Shown: positions 37,855 through 50,615 of the stretch, in pieces
How positions within the stretch are numbered: position 1 is the first letter of the stretch
Layout: every line of letters begins with the position of its first letter
Source: Sporosarcina sp.
GTDB taxonomy: Bacteria > Bacillota > Bacilli > Bacillales_A > Planococcaceae
Length of the DNA: 64,000 nt
Assembly (NCBI GenBank): GCA_029257435.1
Contig: JARIBI010000120.1
Coordinates: 3,564-67,563 of the forward strand
Direction of reading: 5' to 3'
The notes under the pieces: generated by a model
What the model was told of the DNA's origin: nothing
The model's input: only the letters and a program-made list of their open reading frames with translations
Databases searched by the model: none
Program-made: the position numbers and the translations under genes

Positions 37855-38598
37855 TTACTCTCCGTACGTAACACTCATCAAATACAAACCGTGTGATGGC
37901 GCGGTTTTTCCAGCTCGTTTGCGATCTCGGGCTTCTAGAATTTCAGCAACTTCGCAAGGCTCATCCCAACCGATACCGACTGCATAAAGAACACCTGCAA
38001 TCGTACGGACCATGTTATATAAAAAGCCATCCCCTTCGATGGTCAGAATGAGGTCATCGCCTATTTCTTCGATTTCAAGCATACGAATCGTCCGTACTTT
38101 GTTGGATGTTGCAGTTTGAGATGAACAAAAGCTGGTGAAGTCATGTGTACCCAGCAGATGCACTGCACCTTCCTGCATCCGCTTAAGATCCGGATTCCAT
38201 TTTCCTAAATGAACCGAATAATTACGTTCAAATGGACTTTGGATGGGTTTCCTTGTCCAGCGGTATTGATACGTTTTTCCTTTTGCTGAATAACGAGCAT
38301 GGAATTCTTCACTCACCGGATGTGCAGAAAGGATTCGTATATCCTTAGGCAATAATACGTTCAATGCCATTAGCCAGCTATCTTCTGTCAGATTAAGCGG
38401 CGTGTCAAAATGGATCACTTGTCCCCATGCATGCACCCCGGCATCGGTTCTCCCACTTGCTACACTATGAATTGAATCATCTTTATGCATCTTACGAAGT
38501 GCTTTGTCGATATCCGACTGCACGGTACGCATTTTAGGTTGGGATTGATAACCGAAAAATTGAGTACCGTCATACGCAACGGTAGCTTTAATACGCAT
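37855..38598 (-). CDS. truA: tRNA pseudouridine(38-40) synthase
   Basis: YDGT.F.GYQ.Q, SGRTDAGVHA and FLYNMVR. Confidence 0.98.
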   Translation of the reverse strand: MRIKATVAYDGTQFFGYQSQPKMRTVQSDIDKALRKMHKDDSIHSVASGRTDAGVHAWGQVIHFDTPLNLTEDSWLMALNVLLPKDIRILSAHPVSEEFHARYSAKGKTYQYRWTRKPIQSPFERNYSVHLGKWNPDLKRMQEGAVHLLGTHDFTSFCSSQTATSNKVRTIRMLEIEEIGDDLILTIEGDGFLYNMVRTIAGVLYAVGIGWDEPCEVAEILEARDRKRAGKTAPSHGLYLMSVTYGE

Positions 38599-38613
38599 TT
38601 AATGTGTCCTCCT

Positions 38614-39411
38614 CTACCCTCTGAAATACAGCATGATGGCTGAGAGTACGCCTAACAAAACAAGAACCATTGTGTCGCTCGTCCGCCACTGCAGCTTTCG
38701 GAACCGCGTCCGGCCTTCTCCGCCTCGATAACCGCGAACTTCCATCGCAACCGCTAGATCCTCAGCTCGTTTAAACGCACTGACAAACAATGGAACAAGT
38801 AAAGGAATCACAGCTTTCACACGTTGTTGAATACTTCCCGAACTAATATCCGACCCCCGTGCAAGTTGAGCTTTCAAGATTTTATCCGTTTCATCCATTA
38901 ATGTAGGAATGAATCTCAAAGCGATTGACATCATCATAGCAAGCTCATGCACGGGGAGCTTAAATCGTTTTAACGGATTCAGCAGCGTTTCCACGCCATC
39001 CGTAATCGAAATAGGCGAAGTCGTCAATGTAAGTACAGTTGTCATCAGTACTAAAATCAAGAATCGCAGCGAAATGTAAATACCTTGTCGTAATCCTTCT
39101 TCATAAATCGTGATGAACTTCCAGTGGAAAAGGACAACCCCTTCACGCGTGAGAAACAAATGCATGAGCAGCGTAAAGACAACGAGAAATAGGATCGGTT
39201 TCAGTCCGCCTAACAAAAAAGGAATGCGGATTTTTGACAACAGAATAACGAATACTGTAAATCCAAGTAAAATCGCATAAGTCATTGTATTATTCGCAAG
39301 GAAGACTGCGAAGATGAACAAAAATATGAAAATAAGCTTGGATCTCGGATCTAGACGATGCGTAATGGAATTTCCGGCTAAGTAGCGGCCAAAAATCATC
39401 TTCTCCATCAT
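38614..39411 (-). CDS. ecfT: ECF transporter transmembrane component T
   Basis: HRLDPRSK, IALRFIPTL and AMEVRGY. Confidence 0.96.
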   Translation of the reverse strand: MMEKMIFGRYLAGNSITHRLDPRSKLIFIFLFIFAVFLANNTMTYAILLGFTVFVILLSKIRIPFLLGGLKPILFLVVFTLLMHLFLTREGVVLFHWKFITIYEEGLRQGIYISLRFLILVLMTTVLTLTTSPISITDGVETLLNPLKRFKLPVHELAMMMSIALRFIPTLMDETDKILKAQLARGSDISSGSIQQRVKAVIPLLVPLFVSAFKRAEDLAVAMEVRGYRGGEGRTRFRKLQWRTSDTMVLVLLGVLSAIMLYFRG

Positions 39412-40280
39412 TTCGGCTCACCCGCTTCTTTAGCAAGAGCTGCAATCATTTCAGCAAGCTTTTCTTCCGTAAGTGCAGGTTGTGGCAGCGGTTGATGGAC
39501 CAATCGTTCGAAGTCCTTTTGGAATCGTGCTGAGCGAGGTAATTCCAAGCGGTACGCTGAAAGTTGCTCAGCATCCGTCAAGACCTCTTCAGGCGGCCCT
39601 GCAAGCACCGCACTGCCTTCATGCATCACAATGACATGCTCTGCATAGCGTGCAGCATCTTCCATGCTGTGGGTCACTAAAATCGTTGTCAGACCCTCTT
39701 CTTTATGGAACCTTTCAAAAAGCTCCATAATTTCACGGCGTCCTTGAGGATCGAGACCCGCGGTCGGTTCATCTAAAATGAGAACGGATGGTTTAAATGC
39801 AAGCACACCTGCAATCGCAACCCGCCTCATCTGACCGCCAGATAGTTCAAATGGTGATTTGTTCGCTATGTCAGCCGGCAATCCCAGCATTTCTATCAGT
39901 TCATGTGCACGTTTTCTAGCTTCGTCTTCAGGGATGCCAAAGTTCAACGGCCCGAACATAATATCTTTCTCAACCGTTTCCTCGAATAATTGATGCTCAG
40001 GAAACTGAAAAACAATCCCGACATTACGACGTACACTTCGCAGTGCCTTCCCTTTAGTTTCAGACGTAATGAGCGTGTCACCAATTCGTACCGAGCCTTC
40101 AGTTGGTTTTAATAACCCATTCAAATGCAAAAGTAATGTGGATTTACCTGAACCGGTATGACCAATTACCGCTGTATAAGACCCCGTTTTAATCGAAACA
40201 TTAATATCATGCAGAGCTTTTTTCTCAAAAGGAGTATTCGGTGCATATGCAAAATTCACTTGCTGAAATGAGATGTCCAT
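39408..40280 (-). CDS. ecfA2: ECF transporter ATPase A2
   Basis: GHTGSGKS, FQFPEHQLF and LSGGQMRR. Confidence 0.96.
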   Translation of the reverse strand: MDISFQQVNFAYAPNTPFEKKALHDINVSIKTGSYTAVIGHTGSGKSTLLLHLNGLLKPTEGSVRIGDTLITSETKGKALRSVRRNVGIVFQFPEHQLFEETVEKDIMFGPLNFGIPEDEARKRAHELIEMLGLPADIANKSPFELSGGQMRRVAIAGVLAFKPSVLILDEPTAGLDPQGRREIMELFERFHKEEGLTTILVTHSMEDAARYAEHVIVMHEGSAVLAGPPEEVLTDAEQLSAYRLELPRSARFQKDFERLVHQPLPQPALTEEKLAEMIAALAKEAGEPK

Positions 40281-41101
40281 AACTCGTTCACCAACTCTTT
40301 TTCTGACATATGGTCGCCGGCTAACGGCAATCCTGCATTCCGCAGTAACTGCGAAAGACGAAGAGCAAATGGCAAATCAAGTCCATGCTCTTGAAGTTTA
40401 CTTCCTTGTTCAAAAATAGAAGTGGGCGTTCCAGATGCAGCAAGCTTCCCCTGGTTCATGACGAAAACACGATCTGCCAGAAGGACCTCTTCCAAGTCAT
40501 GTGTAATGGAAATGACAGTAAGGCCAGTAGTACGGCGCAACGAAGTGATCAGTTCAATAACTTCACTGCGGCCTTGGGGGTCCAGCATCGATGTCGCCTC
40601 GTCTAATATTAAAATTTTTGGATTCATCGCAAGAGCCCCTGCAATGGCAACACGCTGTTTTTGCCCGCCCGATAAATGATGGGGTTCATGACTGTGATAG
40701 GAAGACATCCCTACATCAGTGAGTGCCTGTTTTACACGTGTCTGCATTTCATCATAAGGAACACCATTGTTCTCTAAGGCAAATGCAACATCATCTTGCA
40801 CCGTCGCACCGACAAACTGATTATCCGGATTTTGGAACACAACGCCAAGCTGTGAACGGACATCCCATAGATTATCCTCCGTCAATGGATCCAAAAAGAC
40901 ATTTACGGTTCCATTAGCAGGAAAGAGCAGCCCGATCATCAGCTTGGCAAGTGTCGATTTGCCTGAACCGTTATGTCCTACAATCGATACCCACTCTCCG
41001 TCACGGACCGTGAAGGAGACGTCTTGGACGGCTTGTACGAAAACATCTTCTTCTGTTTCATAAGCAAATGATACGCCGTCCAACGACAAAACTTCCTTCA
41101 T
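40256..41101 (-). CDS. ecfA1: ECF transporter ATPase A1
   Basis: GHNGSGKS, FQNPDNQF and LSGGQKQR. Confidence 0.96.
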   Translation of the reverse strand: MKEVLSLDGVSFAYETEEDVFVQAVQDVSFTVRDGEWVSIVGHNGSGKSTLAKLMIGLLFPANGTVNVFLDPLTEDNLWDVRSQLGVVFQNPDNQFVGATVQDDVAFALENNGVPYDEMQTRVKQALTDVGMSSYHSHEPHHLSGGQKQRVAIAGALAMNPKILILDEATSMLDPQGRSEVIELITSLRRTTGLTVISITHDLEEVLLADRVFVMNQGKLAASGTPTSIFEQGSKLQEHGLDLPFALRLSQLLRNAGLPLAGDHMSEKELVNELWTSHFSK

Positions 41102-41334
41102 ACACGACCGCCTCTTTTCATGTGAACTTATGTATGGATAACAAGAAATCCTAGAAAGATTTCTTTAAATAAAAAAAGCGCGCATCTCATCCGAAGAATG
41201 CGCAGCAAAATGTTTCGATGCCGGGTGCTCAAGCCGTCATCGCGGATGAGATGCGTAGAGCTAGACCAATCAGAAACAATGTCTGTCGATCATAACACTC
41301 AGCTTTTCATATTGTCGTATAAATCATTATGTGG

Positions 41335-41367
41335 AAAGAGGGTGTGGCTGTCGCCAGTCACACCCTC
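41335..41367 (-). terminator. Terminator after rplQ
   Basis: GAGGGTGTGACTGGCGACAGCCACACCCTC-TTT hairpin. Confidence 0.7.
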
Positions 41368-41374
41368 AAGTTCC

Positions 41375-41755
41375 TTACACGAGTTCGATGACTACAACAG
41401 GCGCTCCGTCTCCACGGCGCGGTCCCATCTTCATGATTCGTGTGTATCCGCCCTGGCGTTCTGCATAGCGCGGTGCAACATCGTCAAACAATTTCTGAAT
41501 GGCAAATGTCTTCGTTTCTTTACCTTCATCATCAGTGCCAAGAATTACTTCACGGCGGATGAATTCAGCTACCTGACGGCGTGCATGCAAGTCCCCACGC
41601 TTACCAAGTGTGATCATTTTTTCAACAACTGAACGAAGCTCTTTCGCACGTGCTTCCGTTGTTTGGATGCGTTCGTGGATGATTAGGTCTGTTGCCAGGT
41701 CCCGTAGCATCGCTTTACGCTGTGAACTTGTGCGTCCAAGTTTTCTGTAACCCAT
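41375..41755 (-). CDS. rplQ: 50S ribosomal protein L17
   Basis: [20 protein letters not shown]. Confidence 0.99.
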   Translation of the reverse strand: MGYRKLGRTSSQRKAMLRDLATDLIIHERIQTTEARAKELRSVVEKMITLGKRGDLHARRQVAEFIRREVILGTDDEGKETKTFAIQKLFDDVAPRYAERQGGYTRIMKMGPRRGDGAPVVVIELV

Positions 41756-41787
41756 AGAAGATTCCCTCCTTCAATCTAATTCTGCTT

Positions 41788-42732
41788 TCAATCTTCAGAG
41801 CGTAATCCTAGATTCAACTCTTCCAACTTCAGCTTTACTTCTTCAAGTGACTTGCGGCCAAGATTTCGCACTTTCATCATTTCGTCCTCGGACTTGTTAG
41901 CAAGTTCCATAACGGTATTGATGCCTGCACGCTTCAAGCAGTTGTAAGAACGAACAGAAAGATCCAATTCTTCGATAGTCATCTCAAGAACTTTTTCTTT
42001 TTGGTCTTCTTCTTTTTCTACCATGATCTCTGCAGTTTGTGCTTCGTCTGTCATGCCTACAAAAATATTTAAATGTTCCGTAAGGATTTTAGCACCCAAT
42101 GAAACAGATTCTTTAGGACCAATACTACCATCTGTCCAAACATCAAGTGTTAACTTATCAAAGTTTGTACTTTGACCAACCCGAGTATTTTCAACTTGGA
42201 AGTTTACACGAGATACAGGTGTGTAGATAGAATCGATTGGAATTACACCAATCGCAAGGTCATCACGTTTGTTTTGTACCGAAGGAGCATAGCCTCTTCC
42301 TCGTACTGCATACATGCGCATACGGAGGTGACCGTTTTTCCCAAGTGTTGCAATATGAAGATTCGGATTCAATACTTCAACATCACTATCATGAGTAATG
42401 TCAGCAGCAGTGATCTTACCTTCGCCCTTAACATCTATTTCAATAACTTTCTCATCATCAGAATAGATTTTAAGTGCTAATTGTTTCACGTTTAGAATAA
42501 TAGTCGCTACGTCTTCTACGACACCCTCGACTGTTGAGAACTCATGAAGAACGCCATCGATTTGAATCGATGTTACGGCAGCTCCAGGCAGAGAAGACAA
42601 CAAGACGCGGCGTAATGAATTCCCTAAAGTATTTCCATACCCTCGTTCCAATGGTTCGATAACAAACTTACCAAACATGGAATCATCAGCAACCATAACG
42701 GTTTCAATCTTCGGTTTCTCAATCTCGATCAT
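41788..42732 (-). CDS. rpoA: RNA polymerase alpha subunit
   Basis: [32 protein letters not shown]. Confidence 0.99.
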   Translation of the reverse strand: MIEIEKPKIETVMVADDSMFGKFVIEPLERGYGNTLGNSLRRVLLSSLPGAAVTSIQIDGVLHEFSTVEGVVEDVATIILNVKQLALKIYSDDEKVIEIDVKGEGKITAADITHDSDVEVLNPNLHIATLGKNGHLRMRMYAVRGRGYAPSVQNKRDDLAIGVIPIDSIYTPVSRVNFQVENTRVGQSTNFDKLTLDVWTDGSIGPKESVSLGAKILTEHLNIFVGMTDEAQTAEIMVEKEEDQKEKVLEMTIEELDLSVRSYNCLKRAGINTVMELANKSEDEMMKVRNLGRKSLEEVKLKLEELNLGLRSED

Positions 42733-42864
42733 TCATTTACCCTCCTTCAAAACGTCTGTGTGGGTCGTTCCTTATTGAAATCGATTTTTATAGACAGCAA
42801 AATGCAATCGCACAATTCATTCTTACCAAAAATTGTGTTTCTCAATCAATTGGAATAGAAACCA

Positions 42865-43275
<411 letters not shown>

Positions 43276-43278
43276 CTA

Positions 43279-43644
43279 TTATTTCTTTTTGTTTGCAACA
43301 GTCCGCTTAGGACCTTTACGTGTACGTGCATTGTTTTTTGTGTTTTGTCCGCGTACGGGCAATCCACGACGGTGACGGATTCCACGGAAGCTTCCGATTT
43401 CCATCAAACGTTTGATGTTAAGAGAAGTTTCACGGCGAAGATCCCCTTCTACTTTCAATGCATCTAGTTGTTCACGGATTTTGTCGAGTTCCGCATCAGT
43501 TAAATCACGAACGCGTGTCTCTTCTGAAACGTCAGCTGCAGCAAGAACTTTCTGTGCTGTCGTTTTCCCAATTCCGTAGATGTAAGTCAATGAAATTACA
43601 ACGCGCTTATCGCGCGGTACGTCTACACCAGCAATACGTGCCAT
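43279..43644 (-). CDS. rpsM: 30S ribosomal protein S13
   Basis: [22 protein letters not shown]. Confidence 0.99.
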   Translation of the reverse strand: MARIAGVDVPRDKRVVISLTYIYGIGKTTAQKVLAAADVSEETRVRDLTDAELDKIREQLDALKVEGDLRRETSLNIKRLMEIGSFRGIRHRRGLPVRGQNTKNNARTRKGPKRTVANKKK

Positions 43645-43667
43645 ATAGGTTGCGCACCTCCTTTATA

Positions 43668-43796
<129 letters not shown>

Positions 43797-43820
43797 TCAT
43801 TAGTCCGGAGTTGCAAAATT

Positions 43821-44039
43821 TTATTTGAAACGGTATGTGATGCGACCACGTGTTAAGTCATAAGGCGACAATTCGATTGTCACTTTATCACCAGGCAAAA
43901 TGCGGATGAAGTGCATACGGATTTTACCGGATACATGTGCAAGCACAGTATGTCCGTTTTCCAATTCCACTTTGAACATCGCATTCGGCAACGTATCTAT
44001 TACAGTACCTTCAATTTCGATTACGTCATCTTTCGCCAT
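43821..44039 (-). CDS. infA: Translation initiation factor IF-1
   Basis: [11 protein letters not shown]...[14 protein letters not shown]; start at 44039 after AAGGGAG. Confidence 0.99.
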   Translation of the reverse strand: MAKDDVIEIEGTVIDTLPNAMFKVELENGHTVLAHVSGKIRMHFIRILPGDKVTIELSPYDLTRGRITYRFK

Positions 44040-44460
44040 CAGCTCAGTCTCCCTTCTATATCCTATAAAGGCCCTCACCTTCCGAGCGGCATCAGTCGCT
44101 TTACAAGCTCCTTCAACATATGTCCGGTATGCGCGAGTGATGTTCGAAAAGACGCAAATCACAATTCATGCCAGTTTGCCGGTCCCGAAATGTTGTTTGG
44201 AACTTCAAATCGGATCAAACATCACCGACAGTGCGCTTCTGATTTGACTGTCCTAAGACAACAAACCCACTCACAACAACACATTATACTCCGAAGAGCC
44301 ATAAAATGCATGCATGAAGTACCGAGCGTTTACCTGCCGACTGTTACCAATTTCCACTTAGCATCAACTGCTTTTGCAGCTCAATCTAATCAATTGCTCC
44401 TTCCGTACAGCAGAACGCTGCCGGACGTGATGCCCTGACGTCTGCATGCTTCGGAAAGGC

Positions 44461-45153
<693 letters not shown>

Positions 45154-45163
45154 TCACTTAAAT

Positions 45164-46456
45164 TTATTTCATAAATCCTTTGTAGTGACGCTTAACCAAT
45201 TGTGATTCAAGCTGCTTCATCGTTTCAAGGGCAACCCCAACAACGATTAGCAAGCTGGTACCACCGATTTGAGCGGACTGCGGCAGATTTGCAATTTCAA
45301 TAATAATAATCGGCAGAACTGCGACGGCAGCAAGGAATATCGATCCAACAAATGTGAGTCGATAAAGCGTGCTTGTCAAATAGTCCTGTGTATTCTGACC
45401 AGGACGAATCCCAGGGATATAAGCCCCTTGTTTCTTCAAGTTATCTGCAACATTCTCAGGATTAACCTGAACAAATGCATAGAAGTACGTGAAGGCAACG
45501 ATCAGACCGATATACAGTGCCATGCCGGCTGGATGCGAGTAGTTGAGCACTCGTGTAACAGCAGCAACAGTACTGTTGTCACTGAAGAACGTGCCAAGTA
45601 ATTGCGGCGTCGTAAAGAACGCAACCGCAAAAATGACTGGGATAACCCCTGCAGCGTTCAGTTTCAATGGGAGGTGCGTTTGTTGTCCGGCAGAAGTCTG
45701 CCCGCGACCCGTCACCCGTTTTGCATATTGAATCGGAATTTTACGCAATGCTTCCTGGAAGTAAATCACGCCAACTGTAATTGCAATAACTGCAACCAGT
45801 AACAGAGCCATCAGTGCAATACGGATGAACAAGGCATCCCCTGCATCTTGGATCTGTGATACATACAATTGGTTGACTGCATTTGGAATAGCAGCAACGA
45901 TTCCGGCGAAGATAATGATTGAAATACCATTACCGACACCTTTCGCTGTAATCTGCTCACCCAGCCAAAGAAGAAAAGCGGTACCTGCTGTTAACACAAG
46001 AGCGATGACAATATACGTCGAAACTCCATTATCTTCAACAAGTTTTCCTTGGAACATTTGGTTAAATCCAAATGACATTGCGATCGCTTGGATAAACGCA
46101 AGAATCATGGTGAAGTAGCGAGTGAATTGTGCAAGCTTCCGTCTTCCGACATCCCCTTGTTTTGCCCACTCTGAAAACTTCGGCACAACGTCCATCTGCA
46201 AAAGTTGCACGATGATTGACGCTGTGATGTAAGGCATGATTCCCATGGCGAAGATTGAGAACTTAGAAAGTGCTCCTCCACCAAAAATGTTCAAAAATCC
46301 AATGAATTGATTGTCCGATTGCTGGAGCGCAGTCGCATCCACGTTCGGTACCGTTATAAACGTTCCGAGACGGAATACGATGAGCAATAGCAGTGTGAAA
46401 ATTATTTTAGACCGTATCTCTTTTACTCGCATGAAGTTTGAGATTGTCTGAAACAT
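45164..46456 (-). CDS. secY: Preprotein translocase SecY
   Basis: SIFAMGIMPYITASII, GNGISIIIFAG and GGTSLLIVVGV. Confidence 0.99.
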   Translation of the reverse strand: MFQTISNFMRVKEIRSKIIFTLLLLIVFRLGTFITVPNVDATALQQSDNQFIGFLNIFGGGALSKFSIFAMGIMPYITASIIVQLLQMDVVPKFSEWAKQGDVGRRKLAQFTRYFTMILAFIQAIAMSFGFNQMFQGKLVEDNGVSTYIVIALVLTAGTAFLLWLGEQITAKGVGNGISIIIFAGIVAAIPNAVNQLYVSQIQDAGDALFIRIALMALLLVAVIAITVGVIYFQEALRKIPIQYAKRVTGRGQTSAGQQTHLPLKLNAAGVIPVIFAVAFFTTPQLLGTFFSDNSTVAAVTRVLNYSHPAGMALYIGLIVAFTYFYAFVQVNPENVADNLKKQGAYIPGIRPGQNTQDYLTSTLYRLTFVGSIFLAAVAVLPIIIIEIANLPQSAQIGGTSLLIVVGVALETMKQLESQLVKRHYKGFMK

Positions 46457-46896
46457 TAAACCACCTCGACTTGCCCGCCCGCTTTCTCGATCGCTTCTTT
46501 AGCAGAAGCAGAGAATTTATGAGCTCTGACAGTAATCTTCTTCTCAAGAGTCCCATTACCAAGAATCTTAATACCGGATTTTTCATTGCTCACGATTCCT
46601 GTTTCAATCAACAATTCTGGTGTTACTTCTGTGCCTTCATCAAAACGATTTAACGTTTCAAGGTTTACGATGGCATATTCTTTACGATTAATGTTCGTAA
46701 ATCCGCGCTTAGGTAGACGTTGGAATAGTGGAAGTTGTCCACCTTCAAATCCAAGACGTACACCGCCGCCTGAACGTGAGTTTTGACCATTGTGACCTCT
46801 ACCAGACGTTTTACCTGATCCAGATCCCATACCGCGACCAACACGTTTGCGTTCTTTACGAGCACCTTCTGCAGGTTTCATTTCGTGTAATTTCAT
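46456..46896 (-). CDS. rplO: 50S ribosomal protein L15
   Basis: [22 protein letters not shown]. Confidence 0.99.
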   Translation of the reverse strand: MKLHEMKPAEGARKERKRVGRGMGSGSGKTSGRGHNGQNSRSGGGVRLGFEGGQLPLFQRLPKRGFTNINRKEYAIVNLETLNRFDEGTEVTPELLIETGIVSNEKSGIKILGNGTLEKKITVRAHKFSASAKEAIEKAGGQVEVV

Positions 46897-46928
46897 CTTT
46901 CGGCACCTCCTTATTCAAGAATAACTAA

Positions 46929-47111
46929 TTATTGTTCGTTTACAGTAACCAAATGGCTGACTTTGTTGATCATGCCGCGAATAGCGACATTATCTTGGTG
47001 CTCAACCGTTTGGTTCATTTTGCGAAGCCCAAGAGCTTCAACTGTTTTACGTTGTGCTGGCTTAGCGCCAATCACGCTTTTAGTAAGGGTGATCTCAAGT
47101 TTATTTGCCAT
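46929..47111 (-). CDS. rpmD: 50S ribosomal protein L30
   Basis: [11 protein letters not shown]...ALGLRK. Confidence 0.98.
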   Translation of the reverse strand: MANKLEITLTKSVIGAKPAQRKTVEALGLRKMNQTVEHQDNVAIRGMINKVSHLVTVNEQ

Positions 47112-47124
47112 TGTGTTTCCCCCC

Positions 47125-47625
47125 TTAACCTAACAGTTCTTCTACGGATTTACCACGTAGCTGTGCTACATCTTCAGCACGCTTCAAATTCGTCAATCCC
47201 TGGATTGTAGCACGAACCATGTTGATTGGTGTGTTAGAACCTAGTGATTTAGAAAGGATATCCGTGATTCCTGCAAGTTCAAGTACCGCACGGACTGGTC
47301 CGCCGGCGATAACTCCTGTACCTGGTGCAGCCGGTTTGATAAGAATCTGACCTGCACCGAAGCGTCCGATGATCTGGTGTGGCGTTGTGCCTTTGACCAT
47401 AGGTACTTCGATAAGGTTTTTCTTCGCATCTTCGATTGCTTTACGGATTGCATCTGGAACTTCTTGTGCTTTTCCAGTACCGAAACCAACACGGCCGTTT
47501 TTATCACCAACAACGACTAGAGCAGTAAAACGGAAACGACGTCCGCCTTTTACAACTTTAGCTACGCGGTTGATGGTAACTACGCGCTCTTCGAATTCAC
47601 TTTTGTTTTGTTCATTACGACGCAT
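47125..47625 (-). CDS. rpsE: 30S ribosomal protein S5
   Basis: [24 protein letters not shown]. Confidence 0.99.
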   Translation of the reverse strand: MRRNEQNKSEFEERVVTINRVAKVVKGGRRFRFTALVVVGDKNGRVGFGTGKAQEVPDAIRKAIEDAKKNLIEVPMVKGTTPHQIIGRFGAGQILIKPAAPGTGVIAGGPVRAVLELAGITDILSKSLGSNTPINMVRATIQGLTNLKRAEDVAQLRGKSVEELLG

Positions 47626-47647
47626 GGAATATGTCCCTCCTTCTTAA

Positions 47648-48010
47648 TTAAAATTCAAGTCCATTTTCACGTGCAGCGTCAGCTAGTGCTTTGACGCGGC
47701 CGTGATACAAATAGCCTCCGCGGTCGAATACGACAACTTTGACATTCTTTTCTGCACCTTTTTTCGCAATCATCTCGCCCACTTTAACAGCAGCGTCTGC
47801 ATTAGAAGAAGAATCCGTTGAGAATTCTTTATCCATTGTAGATGCGCTAGCAAGTGTTACACCGTTTGCATCATCAATAAGTTGTGCATAGATGTGTTTG
47901 TTTGAACGGTATACGTTCAAGCGAGGACGCTCAGCAGTACCGTTGATCTTTGTACGGACACGTGCATGCCGCTTTCTGCGGGTAGCATTCTTATCTTGTT
48001 TTGTGATCAC
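47648..48010 (-). CDS. rplR: 50S ribosomal protein L18
   Basis: [28 protein letters not shown]. Confidence 0.99.
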   Translation of the reverse strand: MITKQDKNATRRKRHARVRTKINGTAERPRLNVYRSNKHIYAQLIDDANGVTLASASTMDKEFSTDSSSNADAAVKVGEMIAKKGAEKNVKVVVFDRGGYLYHGRVKALADAARENGLEF

Positions 48011-48043
48011 TCGAGGTCACTCCTTCCGGATGCCTATGCGGCA

Positions 48044-48583
48044 TTATTTACCTGTTTTACCTTCTTTGCGTCGAACAACTTCGCCTTCGTACTTAATACC
48101 TTTACCTTTATACGGCTCTGGCGGGCGTACTTTGCGGATGTTAGAAGCAAGAGCACCAACACGTTCTTTGTTAGTACCGCGAACGATAATTTTTGTGTTA
48201 GCAGGCACTTCAACTTCAATGCCCTCTTCCGGTGTGAATTCAACCGGCTGTGAATAACCGACGTTCAATACAAGTTTCTTACCTTGCATTTGAGCACGAT
48301 ATCCAACACCAACTAGTTCAAGCGCTCGCTCGAAACCAGCTGATACACCAGTGATCATGTTCGCTAAAAGCGAACGTGTCGTACCGTGCATCGAACGGTG
48401 TTCTTTCGATTCAGATGGACGTGTCAATGTGATCACGTTACCTTCTTGTTCGATCTTTATGTCTTTAATAAATGTATTTGTAAGTTCGCCTTTCGGTCCT
48501 TTAACAGTAACGAAGTTATTCTCATCGATTGTAACTGTTACGTTTTCAGGCACCTCAATTGGACGTTTACCAATTCGGGACAT
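48044..48583 (-). CDS. rplF: 50S ribosomal protein L6
   Basis: [17 protein letters not shown]. Confidence 0.99.
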   Translation of the reverse strand: MSRIGKRPIEVPENVTVTIDENNFVTVKGPKGELTNTFIKDIKIEQEGNVITLTRPSESKEHRSMHGTTRSLLANMITGVSAGFERALELVGVGYRAQMQGKKLVLNVGYSQPVEFTPEEGIEVEVPANTKIIVRGTNKERVGALASNIRKVRPPEPYKGKGIKYEGEVVRRKEGKTGK

Positions 48584-48613
48584 TTGTTTGCACCTCCATT
48601 CAATTGTTACAGA

Positions 48614-49012
48614 TTACCAAACGTAAGCGACGACTTCTCCGCCAACTTGTTTAGCACGAGCTTCTTTATCAGTCAAAACACCATTAGATGTTGAAACAAG
48701 GGCGATACCTAGTCCGTTCAACACTCTTGGCACTTCTGTTGATTTAGCATATACACGAAGACCAGGCTTAGAAATACGCTTGAGTCCAGTGATTACGCGT
48801 TCTTCGTTTTTACCATATTTGAGGAAAATGCGGATGATGCCTTGTTTGCTGTCTTCCACATATTCTACGTCGCGGACGAAACCTTCACGTTTGAGGATTT
48901 CTGCGATTTCTTTTTTAAGGTTTGAAGCAGGTACTTCAAGCTTCTCGTGACGCACCATGTTGGCGTTACGGATGCGAGTAAGCATATCTGCGATCGGATC
49001 ACTCATTGTCAT
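48614..49012 (-). CDS. rpsH: 30S ribosomal protein S8
   Basis: [17 protein letters not shown]; start at 49012. Confidence 0.99.
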   Translation of the reverse strand: MTMSDPIADMLTRIRNANMVRHEKLEVPASNLKKEIAEILKREGFVRDVEYVEDSKQGIIRIFLKYGKNEERVITGLKRISKPGLRVYAKSTEVPRVLNGLGIALVSTSNGVLTDKEARAKQVGGEVVAYVW

Positions 49013-49040
49013 TACATTAACCTCCTTCCCAAAATAGGGT

Positions 49041-49229
<189 letters not shown>

Positions 49230-49246
49230 TTACGCCTCCCTTATGT

Positions 49247-49786
49247 TTACTTTTGGAACGGCATGCCGCACTGCGCTAGCAACTCACGAGCTTCCTCGTC
49301 TGAGTTGGCAGTCGTAACGATGACGATATCCATTCCGCGTACTTTAGACACTTTATCGAAGTCAATTTCCGGGAAAATAAGTTGCTCTTTCACACCAAGT
49401 GTGTAGTTTCCGCGTCCGTCGAATGATTTATTCGATACGCCACGGAAGTCACGAACACGTGGAAGTGATACAGCGATCAATTTGTCCAGGAACTCATACA
49501 TGCGTTCTCCACGTAGAGTAACTTTTGTTCCGATAGGCATTCCTTCACGAAGACGGAATCCAGCGATAGATTTCTTCGCTTTAGTCACGACTGGTTTTTG
49601 ACCTGAAATAATTGTCAAGTCTTCAACAGCAGCATCAAGTGCTTTTGTGTTTTGAACCGCGTCGCCAACACCCATGTTGATAACGATCTTATCAACTTTC
49701 GGTACTTGCATTACAGATGTATAGTTGAACTTGCTCATTAGAGCAGGAGTAATTTCTTTTTGATATTTATCCTTTAATCGGCTCAT
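49247..49786 (-). CDS. rplE: 50S ribosomal protein L5
   Basis: [16 protein letters not shown]. Confidence 0.99.
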   Translation of the reverse strand: MSRLKDKYQKEITPALMSKFNYTSVMQVPKVDKIVINMGVGDAVQNTKALDAAVEDLTIISGQKPVVTKAKKSIAGFRLREGMPIGTKVTLRGERMYEFLDKLIAVSLPRVRDFRGVSNKSFDGRGNYTLGVKEQLIFPEIDFDKVSKVRGMDIVIVTTANSDEEARELLAQCGMPFQK

Positions 49787-49812
49787 TCAGAAGAACCTCC
49801 CTTCTTAGAGAG

Positions 49813-50172
49813 TTATTTTTTGAGTTCTTTTTTGCTAATTTCATCGATAACTTCGCCAGACTTTTTCGCAACACGGGACTTAATACGGAATGTCTTATCG
49901 CCCTCGGTTTTTTCTTCGAACTTGTAACCGATACGTGTTGGTTCGCCAGACTTAGGATCAACAAACATTACGTTAGAAACGTGAATTGCAGCTTCAAGGC
50001 TTACAATACCACCTTGCGGATTCGCTTGGTTAGGCTTTGTATGCTTTTTGACGATGTTCACGCCTTCAACGAGGATTCGTTCTTTGTTCGGGAATACTGA
50101 AAGGATGACACCTGTCTTTCCTTTGTCTTTCCCAGAGATAACTTTTACTTTATCGCCTTTTTTAATGTGCAT
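49813..50172 (-). CDS. rplX: 50S ribosomal protein L24 (C-terminally extended)
   Basis: [22 protein letters not shown]. Confidence 0.98.
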   Translation of the reverse strand: MHIKKGDKVKVISGKDKGKTGVILSVFPNKERILVEGVNIVKKHTKPNQANPQGGIVSLEAAIHVSNVMFVDPKSGEPTRIGYKFEEKTEGDKTFRIKSRVAKKSGEVIDEISKKELKK

Positions 50173-50207
50173 TCTGTTGCACCTCCTTGATTGGCACTGC
50201 TCTGTAA

Positions 50208-50576
50208 TTAAAGTACTTCTGGAGCAAGAGAAATGATTTTCATGAAGTTGCTGTCGCGTAATTCGCGTGCAACTGGTCCGAAAATACGTGTTCCACGAGG
50301 GCTTTTGTCGTCTTTAATGATGACACAAGCATTCTCGTCGAATGAGATATAAGATCCGTCTTTACGACGCATACCGCTCTTAGTACGAACGATAACCGCT
50401 TTAACGACTTCACCCTTCTTAACAACGCCACCTGGTGTTGCTTTCTTAACTGTAACAACGACTACGTCGCCGATGTTTGCAATTTTACGGCCTGAACCGC
50501 CAAGAACTTTAATTGTAAGCACTTCACGTGCGCCAGAGTTATCTGCGACTTTCATGCGGGATTCCTGTTGAATCAA
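50208..50576 (-). CDS. rplN: 50S ribosomal protein L14
   Basis: [18 protein letters not shown]; TTG start. Confidence 0.99.
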   Translation of the reverse strand: MIQQESRMKVADNSGAREVLTIKVLGGSGRKIANIGDVVVVTVKKATPGGVVKKGEVVKAVIVRTKSGMRRKDGSYISFDENACVIIKDDKSPRGTRIFGPVARELRDSNFMKIISLAPEVL

Positions 50577-50615
50577 TTTGGTTACCTCCCCTCGGATACT
50601 GTGTTCCGAACGTTA

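Noticed and set aside
43911-44438. 175-aa plus-strand ORF across infA and its leader
   Set aside because: It is antisense to infA, has no RBS, has an atypical composition and resembles no family I recognise.
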